Shown piece by piece: positions 1 to 8,537 of a stretch of 64,000 nt of DNA (positions are counted from its first letter, which is position 1; every line of letters starts with the position of its first letter). Source of the stretch: an uncultured archaeon. GTDB lineage: Archaea; Altiarchaeota; Altiarchaeia; IMC4; QMZM01. A model generated the notes under the pieces. That model was not told the origin of the DNA, ran no database searches, and was given only the letters and a program-made list of their open reading frames with translations. The stretch spans positions 1-64,000 of the forward strand of contig CAZJVE010000002.1 of NCBI GenBank assembly GCA_964549685.1, written 5' to 3'. A program made the translations under genes and the position numbers.

Positions 1-1265
1 AGCCACAGGAAGGCGGCAATCTCTGTGGAAAGAGTCTGGTGCTCCGGCGATATGAACTGCGTTATGGTCCACGGCCTCCTCGCAAACTTCCTGATAGTTA
101 TAGTATTTCCAAAGGACGAAATCGGAAACAGCGTGGCATTCACCCTGTCCCCTGTCAAAAGGTGGGCATCCATTATCGGGTCAAGGCTGGTTATGCTGCG
201 CTCAACCTTCCTGCCTATCTGAGCGGCATAGTTGTAGATGGCCTTCTCACTGTCCAGAGAAAGGTCCGTCTTCATCCACCCGTGCTTCTTGTGATATGCC
301 GTCAAAGGCACATGACTCGTATTGACGCAGACCTCCTCCAGCCAGTCGTCGCTCATCAGCAGCTCCAGATTGCCGAGGCCATAGGCGTCGTGCAGAACAA
401 TCCCTGCAAGAATATCCGCATCCTCAGGAGAGACCGGAATCCTCTCCCCCACCAGGGCCTTCGCCTCCGAGAAGAATCTCCCCTTCAGCTTCTCCATCCG
501 CTTTGGGTCCGAGATGTCCTCCACCTCTATCTCAATCCTGTCCGTCATGTCCTCGATTACCGAGTTCAGGATTGCCCTTGTCGCGTCCCCGACCTCAGAC
601 AGCTCCACGTGGTAAAGAGGCATGGACTCCTTCTCCTGGGAGAACAGCTTTACGTCCGCGGGAACCTTGTCTGCGACAATCCCGTAGCTGTCAAGCACCT
701 TGCCCCTTATCACCGGCCTGGACCTCTTCTTTGGCTTGACCTCCCCCTTCCTAATCACCGGGCTCGCAAGGAAATTCGCAGGGTACTCCAGCTGCACAAG
801 GCCCCTCATCGCCCTCGCCCATTCCTCAACCATCCCCCTGTCAACATTCAGGAGCTTCGACGCCTCGCCGACTGAGACCTGCCCCGTCCTGCCTACAAGG
901 CTGAGCAGCTCATCGGCCGGGGTTATAATCTTCTTGGTATACCTCTTCTTCTCCGATGTAATGTACTTCTTTATCTCCTCATCTTCTCTCTTATTCTGAA
1001 GCATCTTGGTGGGAAACAGCGTTATCTCCCCAAAAAGAAAGTATTTCCTCTTTACCCCGACAAGCCCCTCCCTCTTCAGCTCCTTTGCCCACTGTCCGGC
1101 AACCTTTTCATCAACATGGAGCTCCTTTGCGGCAGAATTCAGCTTTACAGAACCTGTGGAGGGAATAAGATTTATCATGTCGGTGATGGTCCCTGCCTTC
1201 TTCTTTACGGCCTTTCTTTTGACCTTCTTGTGCTTCCTCTTCTTAGGCTTCTTCTTCCTGACCAT
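1..1265 (-). CDS. Type II/IV secretion (type IV pilus assembly) ATPase, TadA/CpaF/FlaI family; 3'-truncated by the window edge; N-terminal basic tail and two wHTH-like repeats
   Basis: Absent from the ORF track; translated by hand from ATG at 1265: MVRKKKPKKRKHKK...YGLGNLELLMSDDWLEEVCVN...IGRKVERSITSLDPIMDAHLLTGDRVNATLFPISSFGNTITIRKF. This is the typical N-domain of secretion ATPases. The frame is open to position 1 and the Walker motifs lie outside the window. Confidence 0.9.
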   Translation of the reverse strand, partial: MVRKKKPKKRKHKKVKRKAVKKKAGTITDMINLIPSTGSVKLNSAAKELHVDEKVAGQWAKELKREGLVGVKRKYFLFGEITLFPTKMLQNKREDEEIKKYITSEKKRYTKKIITPADELLSLVGRTGQVSVGEASKLLNVDRGMVEEWARAMRGLVQLEYPANFLASPVIRKGEVKPKKRSRPVIRGKVLDSYGIVADKVPADVKLFSQEKESMPLYHVELSEVGDATRAILNSVIEDMTDRIEIEVEDISDPKRMEKLKGRFFSEAKALVGERIPVSPEDADILAGIVLHDAYGLGNLELLMSDDWLEEVCVNTSHVPLTAYHKKHGWMKTDLSLDSEKAIYNYAAQIGRKVERSITSLDPIMDAHLLTGDRVNATLFPISSFGNTITIRKFARRPWTITQFISPEHQTLSTEIAAFLW

Positions 1266-1266
1266 C

Positions 1267-2094
1267 TTACCCCCTGGCAAGCCAGATATAGTCCTGCCGT
1301 GTTATTTTATCTATCATCGTCAGATAAATACTTGATTTTACCCCTACGCTTTCGTTGGTGAGTAACTCGATTCCTGTATCTGCATCAACCTCGGCCGAGC
1401 CGGATACATTCATCACCATCGAGCTATCTCTCGTCTGCCCATCTATCGAATTCCGGCCTATCCGCACCGTGACGTTTGAGTTAGTGAGGTTGAACAACCA
1501 GGAGCTGCTCCCCGTCCTGCTTACTGTAAGAGAGGCCGTATAGTTGGTGTTGGCAAAGGTCCCGCTAATCTCCACGCCGAGGTCCCCGCCGGTGGAGGAA
1601 TCCACCACATTGCTCAGGTACCGGTCGGAATTCAGCACGATGGAATATTTCTGAACAGAGGAATTCTGCCCGCTCGCGTTGTAGACCCGGATGGAGGTCT
1701 TGTTCATGGAGGAGTAGCCGTATATAATCCCGGTGGATTCAATGGATAATTCAGTCCCGTTCAGCCCGCTCAGGCTGAGATTGGAGCTGATTTTATCCGA
1801 GTAGTTATTCTCTATGAATCCCTCATAGCCCGCCAGCGTCGATGACAGCTCCTCTGCCGGAACGGTGTCCCGGAACCAGACTGTCGCATTGCCGTCCCTG
1901 GCTACGGAGGCCTCCAGCCCCCAGATGTCCTCCACGTCGGCCCTGACATCGTCGAAGACGCCCCGCGTCTTCTTCGCATATATCTCCCTCGGCAACTCCC
2001 GGCTGGCAAAGAAGCTCGCCAGGCTGAACAGCGACAGCAGCAGCATGAACGTCAAGACCGTGAACAGGAATCCCTTGTTTCTCATTTTGGCCAC
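1267..2094 (-). CDS. Minor pilin-like protein (class III signal peptide)
   Basis: MRNKG/FLFTVLTFMLLL: basic leader, Gly cleavage site, hydrophobic helix; many N-x-S/T sequons; directly upstream of the ATPase. Confidence 0.75.
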   Translation of the reverse strand: MAKMRNKGFLFTVLTFMLLLSLFSLASFFASRELPREIYAKKTRGVFDDVRADVEDIWGLEASVARDGNATVWFRDTVPAEELSSTLAGYEGFIENNYSDKISSNLSLSGLNGTELSIESTGIIYGYSSMNKTSIRVYNASGQNSSVQKYSIVLNSDRYLSNVVDSSTGGDLGVEISGTFANTNYTASLTVSRTGSSSWLFNLTNSNVTVRIGRNSIDGQTRDSSMVMNVSGSAEVDADTGIELLTNESVGVKSSIYLTMIDKITRQDYIWLARG

Positions 2095-2471
2095 ACCCTC
2101 ATCGTTGCTATGTAAAAATGCGAGTTGGACACGAAGGTCCTCCTTGTCTGGATATATTTCTCTGGAGTAGTCGGGCAGGCCGTGTCCCTGCTGCTGAACA
2201 CCAGATTCTCTTCCCTGTCCTGAATCTCAAGGCCGAAGCACACCGTTGCAGGAATAGAGACCTGCAGCTTCTCCAGTTCGTAGGAGTTCCCCCTTGCCGC
2301 ATAATCGAGGGCCCCAGTCTTCTCAGCTACCGCAAGGATATCCGAGGCGAGCTGATACTGGTACTCATCCCCCGAGACCTCCTGTATCGAGACCAGGTAA
2401 ATCGAGGCGGTTATCATCCCCAGCGCCACCAGTATCGCCACGAGCGAGTCCAGTGTCAATATGCCCGTCAT
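2082..2471 (-). CDS. Minor pilin-like protein
   Basis: MTG/ILTLDSLVAILVALG hydrophobic N-terminus; overlaps or abuts neighbours in the pilin operon. Confidence 0.7.
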   Translation of the reverse strand: MTGILTLDSLVAILVALGMITASIYLVSIQEVSGDEYQYQLASDILAVAEKTGALDYAARGNSYELEKLQVSIPATVCFGLEIQDREENLVFSSRDTACPTTPEKYIQTRRTFVSNSHFYIATMRVWPK

Positions 2472-2472
2472 T

Positions 2473-3015
2473 TTATGTTATGATGTGAGTCGATGTATTG
2501 TAAAACAGTATCAGCCTCAATTCAACAACGTCATCGCCGAGCGATGCATACCTGCTGACCCTGACCTTAGTCAGATTCAGCGACGGCTGCCCAAAGGAAT
2601 GAAGGGCGTCCCCAAGCCCCCCCGTTGAATTGTAAATGGTCAGGTTGAAATCCTCCCTGCTCAGGCCGAGAATTCCCCTGACCTCCTCATACTCCATCCC
2701 CCCAAACCGGTCTATCTTGGCCTGGTCCAGCACATTATCTTGCGAGGCAAGCCCCAGCGAATTCACCGTGCTTGAATTGGCAACGTTCAGAGAATGCCAG
2801 TTTGCCGGCTCCCCGCTCGTCTTCACCAGCGCCTCCCCCACATCGAGACCCTTCTGATAAATCCCCCTCCTGTCCTCGAACCGGTCTATCCTCAGCCCGG
2901 TGTCGTTCCATGACCACATAACAGTAAGGAAAATCAGTATGAATACGAATGCCGCCATTACCAAATCCAGCGTTGAAATCTGCCCCTTAGACATTTTCGA
3001 CATATATCGTTCCAT
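2473..3015 (-). CDS. Minor pilin-like protein (class III signal peptide); true start probably at a downstream ATG (MSKMSKG)
   Basis: KG/QISTLDLVMAAFVF; contains LVKTSGEPANW...GLA, seen in archaeal minor pilins. Confidence 0.8.
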   Translation of the reverse strand: MERYMSKMSKGQISTLDLVMAAFVFILIFLTVMWSWNDTGLRIDRFEDRRGIYQKGLDVGEALVKTSGEPANWHSLNVANSSTVNSLGLASQDNVLDQAKIDRFGGMEYEEVRGILGLSREDFNLTIYNSTGGLGDALHSFGQPSLNLTKVRVSRYASLGDDVVELRLILFYNTSTHIIT

Positions 3016-3397
3016 TGGTATTGCTAATCCTCACCTTCCCCGGATTCAATCCACTGCCATTCACGTCGCTCGTCAGAATCCTGTGCGAGTAGAATCTGTC
3101 TCCCTCTCTGGAGGAATAGTTCACCACTACGGACCTCGGATATACTCTCAAGGTATACGTCTTCCCGCCGCGAATCTCCTCTGGCAGGGTCACGTTCTTT
3201 GTCGCACCCCATCCAGCCAGATACACATCATTTATCCCCTGCGCCAGCCTCTCAGCAGCATGCTTTCCATCCAATGTCTGAACGGCATATTCGGCCTCCT
3301 TCTGCTGCGAATGAACCGTATAGAGAATCACCAGGAACAGGACCATCACTATCATTATGGTCAGTGTAAAATCTAGAGAGATTTGTCCTTTATTCAT
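2987..3397 (-). CDS. Class III signal peptide pilin (EppA-type Q-x-S-x-D/E)
   Basis: MNKG/QISLDFTLTIMIVMVLF; INDVYLAGWGATKNVTLP. Confidence 0.85.
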   Translation of the reverse strand: MNKGQISLDFTLTIMIVMVLFLVILYTVHSQQKEAEYAVQTLDGKHAAERLAQGINDVYLAGWGATKNVTLPEEIRGGKTYTLRVYPRSVVVNYSSREGDRFYSHRILTSDVNGSGLNPGKVRISNTNGTIYVENV

Positions 3398-3400
3398 TTT

Positions 3401-5653
3401 CTATCTGCAGCAGCAGCTGCTCTTACTCTGCTCGCTCAGGCACCATGCATCCCCTGCCGTTGCGGGAGTGCTGTATGATCCACCGCAGCTGGCCCTGCAC
3501 TGCCACTGTCCATAGCCTGCGCCGCTGCACGCCTGCTGGCAGGTCGCCAAGGTAGTGGTTGTACTGGTCGTACTTGTGGTTGTCGTTGTCGTAGTCGTAT
3601 AAACCACAAACGTCGCATCCGTGTAGTTCGCCTGGTAGCTGTTGGTGTCGTTCGCCCTGCAGTACAGTGTATAGTTGCCCAGCAGCCCCGAGGTCGAGAA
3701 CGAGCCCCAGAAGCTGGCCGAGTTGTTGCTCGTCGCAGTGAAGCTCGTTGAATTCGCCAGGAACCACCCGGCATCCATGTCATAGGTTCCTGCAGTATAG
3801 TTCAGGTTGAACAGGACGCTTTGCCCCTGCAGCATTGATGATGAGTTTGCAGAGCACGCAGTGATGGCCGGAGCTATAGTAGTGGTCGTCGTGCTAGTCG
3901 TCGTCGTGCTCGTTGTTGTCGTTGAGGTCGTGCTCGTAGTGTAAACCACAAACGTCGCATCAGTATAGTTGACCTGATAGCCAGTGCTGTCATTCAACCT
4001 GCAGTACAGCGTGTAATTGCCCAGCAGGCTCGATGTATTGAACGAGCCCCAGAAGTTGCTGGAGTCGTTGCTGCTCGCGTTGAACCTGCTCGAATTCGCC
4101 AGGAACCAGCCCTCGTCTATTCCATAGGTTCCCGCAGTGTAGCTCAGGTTGAACAGGACGTTCTGCCCCTGGAATATCGAGGCTGAGTTTGCAGAGCATG
4201 CCGTTATGTTAGCCGGAACGGTGGTCGTGCTCGTGGTTACTACTGTGGTAGAGGTTGAGGTCGTGCTCGTCGTAGTAGTACTTGTAGTCAATGGCGCGCA
4301 GCAGCACGAGTCCGCGGACGGCCCGCCCACGCAGTAGATATCTCCCAGACCCTTGTGCGTCTCTCCGTTGCCGCTACATTGCCCTGCATTTTCCCTGCAG
4401 GTCCCGGGACCATAGTTCAGTATGGCGCAATAGGCGTTGCATGTCAGTGAATATTCACAGCAGGCGGTGTCCTCAGAGGACCCGCCGGTGCAGTAGACGT
4501 CCCCCTCGCCCTCGTGGTGGTGCCCGTCAGCCGTGCACTGCGACGGACTTTCTACACACACTCCCGTGTCATAACCCAGTGATATGCAGTACTGCTCCGC
4601 CGTAGTTATCGTGAGGGAGACATTTACCGTAAAGTTGCAGGTATCCCACGAATCCCCGTTCGACACCGTAACCGAGCCGGTATAAAGCCCGTCGGTAGTA
4701 CTAATCGGAATGTTGAACTGCGAGTCCTTGTAGACGCAGCTTCCGGGGCTCACATCCCCGACCGAGCCCCCCCCATCAAAGACAATCCAGTTCCCCGAGC
4801 CCTCGCCTGAGATGGTCATGCCTATCAGGCTGGCCTCCCCGGTATTGCAGACCATGTAGGTATATGCCCAGCTCTGCCCCGGCCTGACAGCCGTCTCGTT
4901 GAAAGGGCATCTCAAATCCGGGGTCTGGTTCGACAGCACAAGGACAGAAACATCGACCCACAGCGTGTCACAGCCCTCTACCTTAATCCTGCCGTAGTAG
5001 AGCCCCGGCTGCGTATTCTGTGGAATGCTTATATTCACTGTGGTCGAATCCGAACCCGACTCCGCAATGGTTAGCGAGGACGGCGTGATGGTAACCCACC
5101 CACTTATCGTATACTCCGAGGGAACCTCAACCGAAACGTTAGTCGTCGAATTCCCCGAGTTGCTTATGGTAAGGCTCGTGCTGTACGAATCCTCAGAATA
5201 TATCGATGCGCCGACCGACTCCGGGCTCACGGTCAGGCACTGCAGCTCCGCGCCGCCCATCCTGATACAGCCCCCCGCGTACTCGACCAGTACCCAGTGC
5301 CCGCCGGCAGAGGTCGGAATCTCGCCCTGTACGCAGGTCTCTGTCCCCTCTATGAGGTCCTGAATCCTGCCTCCAAGGTCCAGCCTCATCTCGATGTAGT
5401 TATCCCCGCCCTCAATGGACTCGACGCCCTGTGGAATGGTAACGAAAATCTTTGTCTTGGCCCCCTCGCCCTGCGAATAGACAAAATCAGCCGCATCAGC
5501 GAACTCCCTCAGCGCAGTCTTCCCCTGCACCGTCTTCAGGTTCCTCTCATACGCGCTGTAATTCTCCTGAATAACGACGAAAAGAATTCCGAAGATGACC
5601 AGAACGACAGCAAGAATCACAATCATCTCGACAGATGCCTGGGCCTTTTTCAT
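3401..5653 (-). CDS. Large pilin-like adhesin: class III signal peptide, Ig-like domains, Cys-rich repeats, Thr-rich linkers
   Basis: MKKA/QASVEMIVILAVV; ADFVYSQGEGAKTKIFVTIP pilin domain; internal repeats visible in protein and DNA. Confidence 0.85.
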   Translation of the reverse strand: MKKAQASVEMIVILAVVLVIFGILFVVIQENYSAYERNLKTVQGKTALREFADAADFVYSQGEGAKTKIFVTIPQGVESIEGGDNYIEMRLDLGGRIQDLIEGTETCVQGEIPTSAGGHWVLVEYAGGCIRMGGAELQCLTVSPESVGASIYSEDSYSTSLTISNSGNSTTNVSVEVPSEYTISGWVTITPSSLTIAESGSDSTTVNISIPQNTQPGLYYGRIKVEGCDTLWVDVSVLVLSNQTPDLRCPFNETAVRPGQSWAYTYMVCNTGEASLIGMTISGEGSGNWIVFDGGGSVGDVSPGSCVYKDSQFNIPISTTDGLYTGSVTVSNGDSWDTCNFTVNVSLTITTAEQYCISLGYDTGVCVESPSQCTADGHHHEGEGDVYCTGGSSEDTACCEYSLTCNAYCAILNYGPGTCRENAGQCSGNGETHKGLGDIYCVGGPSADSCCCAPLTTSTTTTSTTSTSTTVVTTSTTTVPANITACSANSASIFQGQNVLFNLSYTAGTYGIDEGWFLANSSRFNASSNDSSNFWGSFNTSSLLGNYTLYCRLNDSTGYQVNYTDATFVVYTTSTTSTTTTSTTTTSTTTTTIAPAITACSANSSSMLQGQSVLFNLNYTAGTYDMDAGWFLANSTSFTATSNNSASFWGSFSTSGLLGNYTLYCRANDTNSYQANYTDATFVVYTTTTTTTTSTTSTTTTLATCQQACSGAGYGQWQCRASCGGSYSTPATAGDAWCLSEQSKSSCCCR
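3596..4215 (-). repeat. Intragenic duplication, 342-bp period (about 93-aa beta domain plus Thr linker)
   Basis: aaaccacaaacgtcgcat at 3601 and 3943; ITACSANS...NYTDATFVVYTT occurs twice. Confidence 0.9.
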
Positions 5654-5685
5654 CAGTAAAGAATTTGTTTTTGGGGTAAAAAACC

Positions 5686-6111
5686 TTAATGCATCGGATT
5701 GATTACCTTTATCCCTGGAAACTTTCTAAAATCCTTGACGTTCTCTGTGTATATCTCATGTATCTGATTTTCCAGCATAGTCTGCGCTATTAAAGCATCC
5801 CAGAAATGTGCATTCTTGATTTTACTTGTCCGCAGGATGGCCCCCTTTACAGTATCTGAATTATAATCTCTTTTGACCCAGTTGTCTGATTCCACTATCC
5901 CATCAACTATGGTTTTTGCGTCTTCAGCAGAAATCGGATTTTCTATTTTCTTTGTAAGTACGACAAACAGTTCGGCAAGTATCTGATTGGAAACCACTAG
6001 TTGACTTTCACCCTTGAACCCAGATTCTACCAAGATCTTACACTTCGCCCTCTTCTTTTTCTCTGAGAGGTCATAGGCGTATACTATAATACTTGTGTCT
6101 ATGAACCTCAT
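5686..6111 (-). CDS. vapC: PIN-domain toxin (VapC family)
   Basis: FIDTSIIVY...QILAE...FWDALIAQTM...IYTENVKDF acidic PIN motifs. Confidence 0.9.
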   Translation of the reverse strand: MRFIDTSIIVYAYDLSEKKKRAKCKILVESGFKGESQLVVSNQILAELFVVLTKKIENPISAEDAKTIVDGIVESDNWVKRDYNSDTVKGAILRTSKIKNAHFWDALIAQTMLENQIHEIYTENVKDFRKFPGIKVINPMH

Positions 6112-6341
6112 CTTTCATACAGCTCGTCTCTGTCAAATCTCAAAGCACCCATCTCAAAGCCCTTTTCCAGGAGCGCTAGTGCCTTGGCATCTGCCCTCTT
6201 TTCATTCTTCTTCATCCAGCAAAGCAGCGCCTCGTCTATCGCCTTTCCAAGGTGGCCCTTTCCCTTACCGTAGACAAGGCCGGCAACCCTCCTGAATCTA
6301 CCTTCTACCTCATCCTTTACATTAACTGTAATAGTACCCAT
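6108..6341 (-). CDS. Antitoxin, ribbon-helix-helix-like (VapB)
   Basis: 77 aa, N-terminal beta strand TITVNV, 4-bp overlap with the PIN gene, C-terminal RDELYER. Confidence 0.75.
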   Translation of the reverse strand: MGTITVNVKDEVEGRFRRVAGLVYGKGKGHLGKAIDEALLCWMKKNEKRADAKALALLEKGFEMGALRFDRDELYER

Positions 6342-6401
6342 TTTAATATATTAGTTTTTAATATATTTAAATGTTTATGTTTATAAATAGATTAAATCAG
6401 C

Positions 6402-7172
6402 TCAAGCCCCAACGACCTTTATCCAGATGGTCGCATACTTCTCCTCCTCCGTAATGCTGATGGAGGTGATGCCTATCCTCATGTCATCGACGACAATGTA
6501 AGGCAAACCGAGCTCGTTGGTTATGAACCACTCCAGCCTGCTGTCGTCGGGCTTTATGATGTGCAGATATGCCCCTATTATCCTCGACTTCCTGGATATT
6601 ATTTTGCCAAGCCGGAACTTGTAGTCGCCGTCGTGCTTGAATCTCATATACTTGCTTGCATTTATGCCGTAAAGGTTCGCGTATGAGTGGGCAGCGGGGC
6701 CCTTGTACGTCCCTTCATCGCCAAGGAATTCAAAGAAGGGCTTGTCCTCGATGCACTGTTCATCCTTGCCTGCTGACAGGATTAATTCGACGTGCTCCTT
6801 ACCGATACATTGAGCATCGGGAGTGCCCGGCCTCCTGCACGTAAAGGTCAGGTACTGCGTGTACATATCATTGTCCTTGCAGGTATAATTCCTCGTGACC
6901 TTGATGCCATCATCGCCGCAGTCCGTATTCAGTGTGCAGGCTATCACCTCCTCGATGCTGGTTGTGGTCGTGCTGGAGGTGCTGCTGGTCGTTGAGGATG
7001 TGATGCCGATAGTGGTTGAGGAAGTAGATGTGCTGCTGGTTGTTGTCGAGGGTATGCTGCTGACTGTGCTGGGCACGGTCGTAGGAACAGAACTCGTGGT
7101 CTCCTCCGGAACCTCATCCAGACAACCAGGAATCAATGCAATCAGAACCAACGCAAGGATTAATCTCTTCAT
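6402..7172 (-). CDS. Predicted lipoprotein with Thr/Ser-rich linker and Cys-rich domain
   Basis: MKRLILALVLIALIPG/C lipobox; S/T run; CxxxxDC motif. Confidence 0.75.
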   Translation of the reverse strand: MKRLILALVLIALIPGCLDEVPEETTSSVPTTVPSTVSSIPSTTTSSTSTSSTTIGITSSTTSSTSSTTTTSIEEVIACTLNTDCGDDGIKVTRNYTCKDNDMYTQYLTFTCRRPGTPDAQCIGKEHVELILSAGKDEQCIEDKPFFEFLGDEGTYKGPAAHSYANLYGINASKYMRFKHDGDYKFRLGKIISRKSRIIGAYLHIIKPDDSRLEWFITNELGLPYIVVDDMRIGITSISITEEEKYATIWIKVVGA

Positions 7173-7202
7173 AATTATCCTTAAATTTTCGAGAATAAAT
7201 AC

Positions 7203-7763
7203 TCAGCCCAGGACCAGCTCAAAGGTAATGAACGCCTCGATGAAGGCGGCCAGAAGCAGCAGCGGAACAACGACAGTGAGGAAGATGAATATCCCCTCCT
7301 TAGTCCTTTTGATGAGTTCGTCCTTCCTCTCTCCCTTCGCAACAACCACCCCAATTCCAATCCTCATCCCCAGAATCGCTGCAAGGAAAAAGGCAGGCAG
7401 CTCAAAGATAGCATGCGGAACCGTCGCCTTCAGAAACTCGAACCAGTCCAGCCCCTGAATCTCCATCATCCTCAGGATGAACCCGAACAGATAGCCGTTG
7501 GAGAAGACTATCAGCAGCGGGAGGATTACGGTAACGCCAAGAACCAGGAACATAACTGTTGCAGTCAGGTTGTTCATGAATATGTTGAAGGCGGTCTCAG
7601 ACTTCGACTCTGCAAGAAGCCGCCTCACCATGTCCTTCAGGACGGGGACTATCTCCTCCTTGCTCTGGTCATAACTGGCATAGCCCGAGAGAATTCCCAG
7701 GAGGAAAGTCATGAGCACTATGAGAATTAATATCTTTTCCCCCTTTAGAATTTCAGTTATCAT
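7203..7763 (-). CDS. SpoIIM (DUF95) family membrane protein
   Basis: IFMNNL...NGYLFG...VPHAIFELPAFFLA...LLLAAFIEAFIT. Confidence 0.9.
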   Translation of the reverse strand: MITEILKGEKILILIVLMTFLLGILSGYASYDQSKEEIVPVLKDMVRRLLAESKSETAFNIFMNNLTATVMFLVLGVTVILPLLIVFSNGYLFGFILRMMEIQGLDWFEFLKATVPHAIFELPAFFLAAILGMRIGIGVVVAKGERKDELIKRTKEGIFIFLTVVVPLLLLAAFIEAFITFELVLG

Positions 7764-8266
7764 AGGGCCCCACCGCAGAATTTGCAGTTCGATGCATCAT
7801 CAGGATTACCTGTCCCGCATTTGGGACAGACGACCAGTATCTCCGGCGCCTCGATACTATCCTTCTCAGCTCTATTCTCCCCCGGCCCAGACTCGCTTCC
7901 CCCACGCGAACCGAATATCCTTCCTCTCCCTGAACCGAACCGGTACGAGAACGCCGGCCCTCTCCTGGCTGCGGAGCCCATCGAGCCACCCAGGCCGGCA
8001 AGAACTACTCCGACAAAATTCCATAGCAACATTATCCACATCAGGAAGAAATTCCCGGATATCCCCCACCTGGGGAAGACGAAGAAGAGCAGAAATGCAA
8101 AGCCGAGGATTCCCGAGAAGAATCCGACCAGGAATCCCCTTGCCCTGGCAATTCTTCCCGCCGTAAGTCCCACCATAAAGGGTCCGAGCAGCGGAATCCA
8201 GTTCAGAACCACGTAGAGCGACGAGCCAACCAGAATTCCAGCAACTGCCCTGAGAGTCCTATCCAT
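7760..8266 (-). CDS. Membrane protein (DUF5518-like) with C-terminal zinc ribbon
   Basis: IPLLGPFMVGLTAG TM motif; CPKCGTGNPDDASNCKFCG. Start moved to ATG 8266 because the ORF-track start lies within a terminator hairpin. Confidence 0.7.
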   Translation of the reverse strand: MDRTLRAVAGILVGSSLYVVLNWIPLLGPFMVGLTAGRIARARGFLVGFFSGILGFAFLLFFVFPRWGISGNFFLMWIMLLWNFVGVVLAGLGGSMGSAARRGPAFSYRFGSGRGRIFGSRGGSESGPGENRAEKDSIEAPEILVVCPKCGTGNPDDASNCKFCGGAL

Positions 8267-8273
8267 TATATGT

Positions 8274-8302
8274 AAAAAAGCAACCACCCCATGAGTGGTT
8301 GC
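8274..8302 (-). terminator. Hairpin plus U-tract terminator after the small Cys-rich gene
   Basis: Minus strand reads GCAACCAC-TCATGGG-GTGGTTGC-TTTTTT (8-bp perfect stem). Confidence 0.7.
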
Positions 8303-8308
8303 ATTAAT

Positions 8309-8464
8309 TCAGTATTCTTCGTCTTCGTCCCCTGCGCCCCAGTTGTCCAGTTCCTCGTTTCCGAGGGTGCAGTCTCCCTCACCGAAGTAGTCACACTCTT
8401 CGCAGCACTGGGCCTTCATTGCGCATTCGCCGTAGTTCCAGCAGTTTTCGCAACACTTCGTCAC
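8309..8464 (-). CDS. Small Cys-rich acidic protein, 51 aa (not in ORF track)
   Basis: GTG start preceded by SD-like AGGTGG; MTKCCENCWNYGECAMKAQCCEECDYFGEGDCTLGNEELDNWGAGDEDEEY*; fills the intergenic gap and is followed by a terminator. Confidence 0.75.
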   Translation of the reverse strand: MTKCCENCWNYGECAMKAQCCEECDYFGEGDCTLGNEELDNWGAGDEDEEY

Positions 8465-8537
8465 TTGAACCACCTACTAAAAATTAATTTGTTTAATGCT
8501 TTAAAAATGAAAATAAAAAAGAAAAAGAGAAAGGGGA

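Noticed and set aside
39-875. 278-aa plus-strand ORF, and similar long antisense ORFs (12928-14109, 20212-21192, 21511-23460, 39936-40751)
   Set aside because: These are shadows of well-supported minus-strand genes, with implausible Ser/Leu/Phe- or Arg/His-rich composition.
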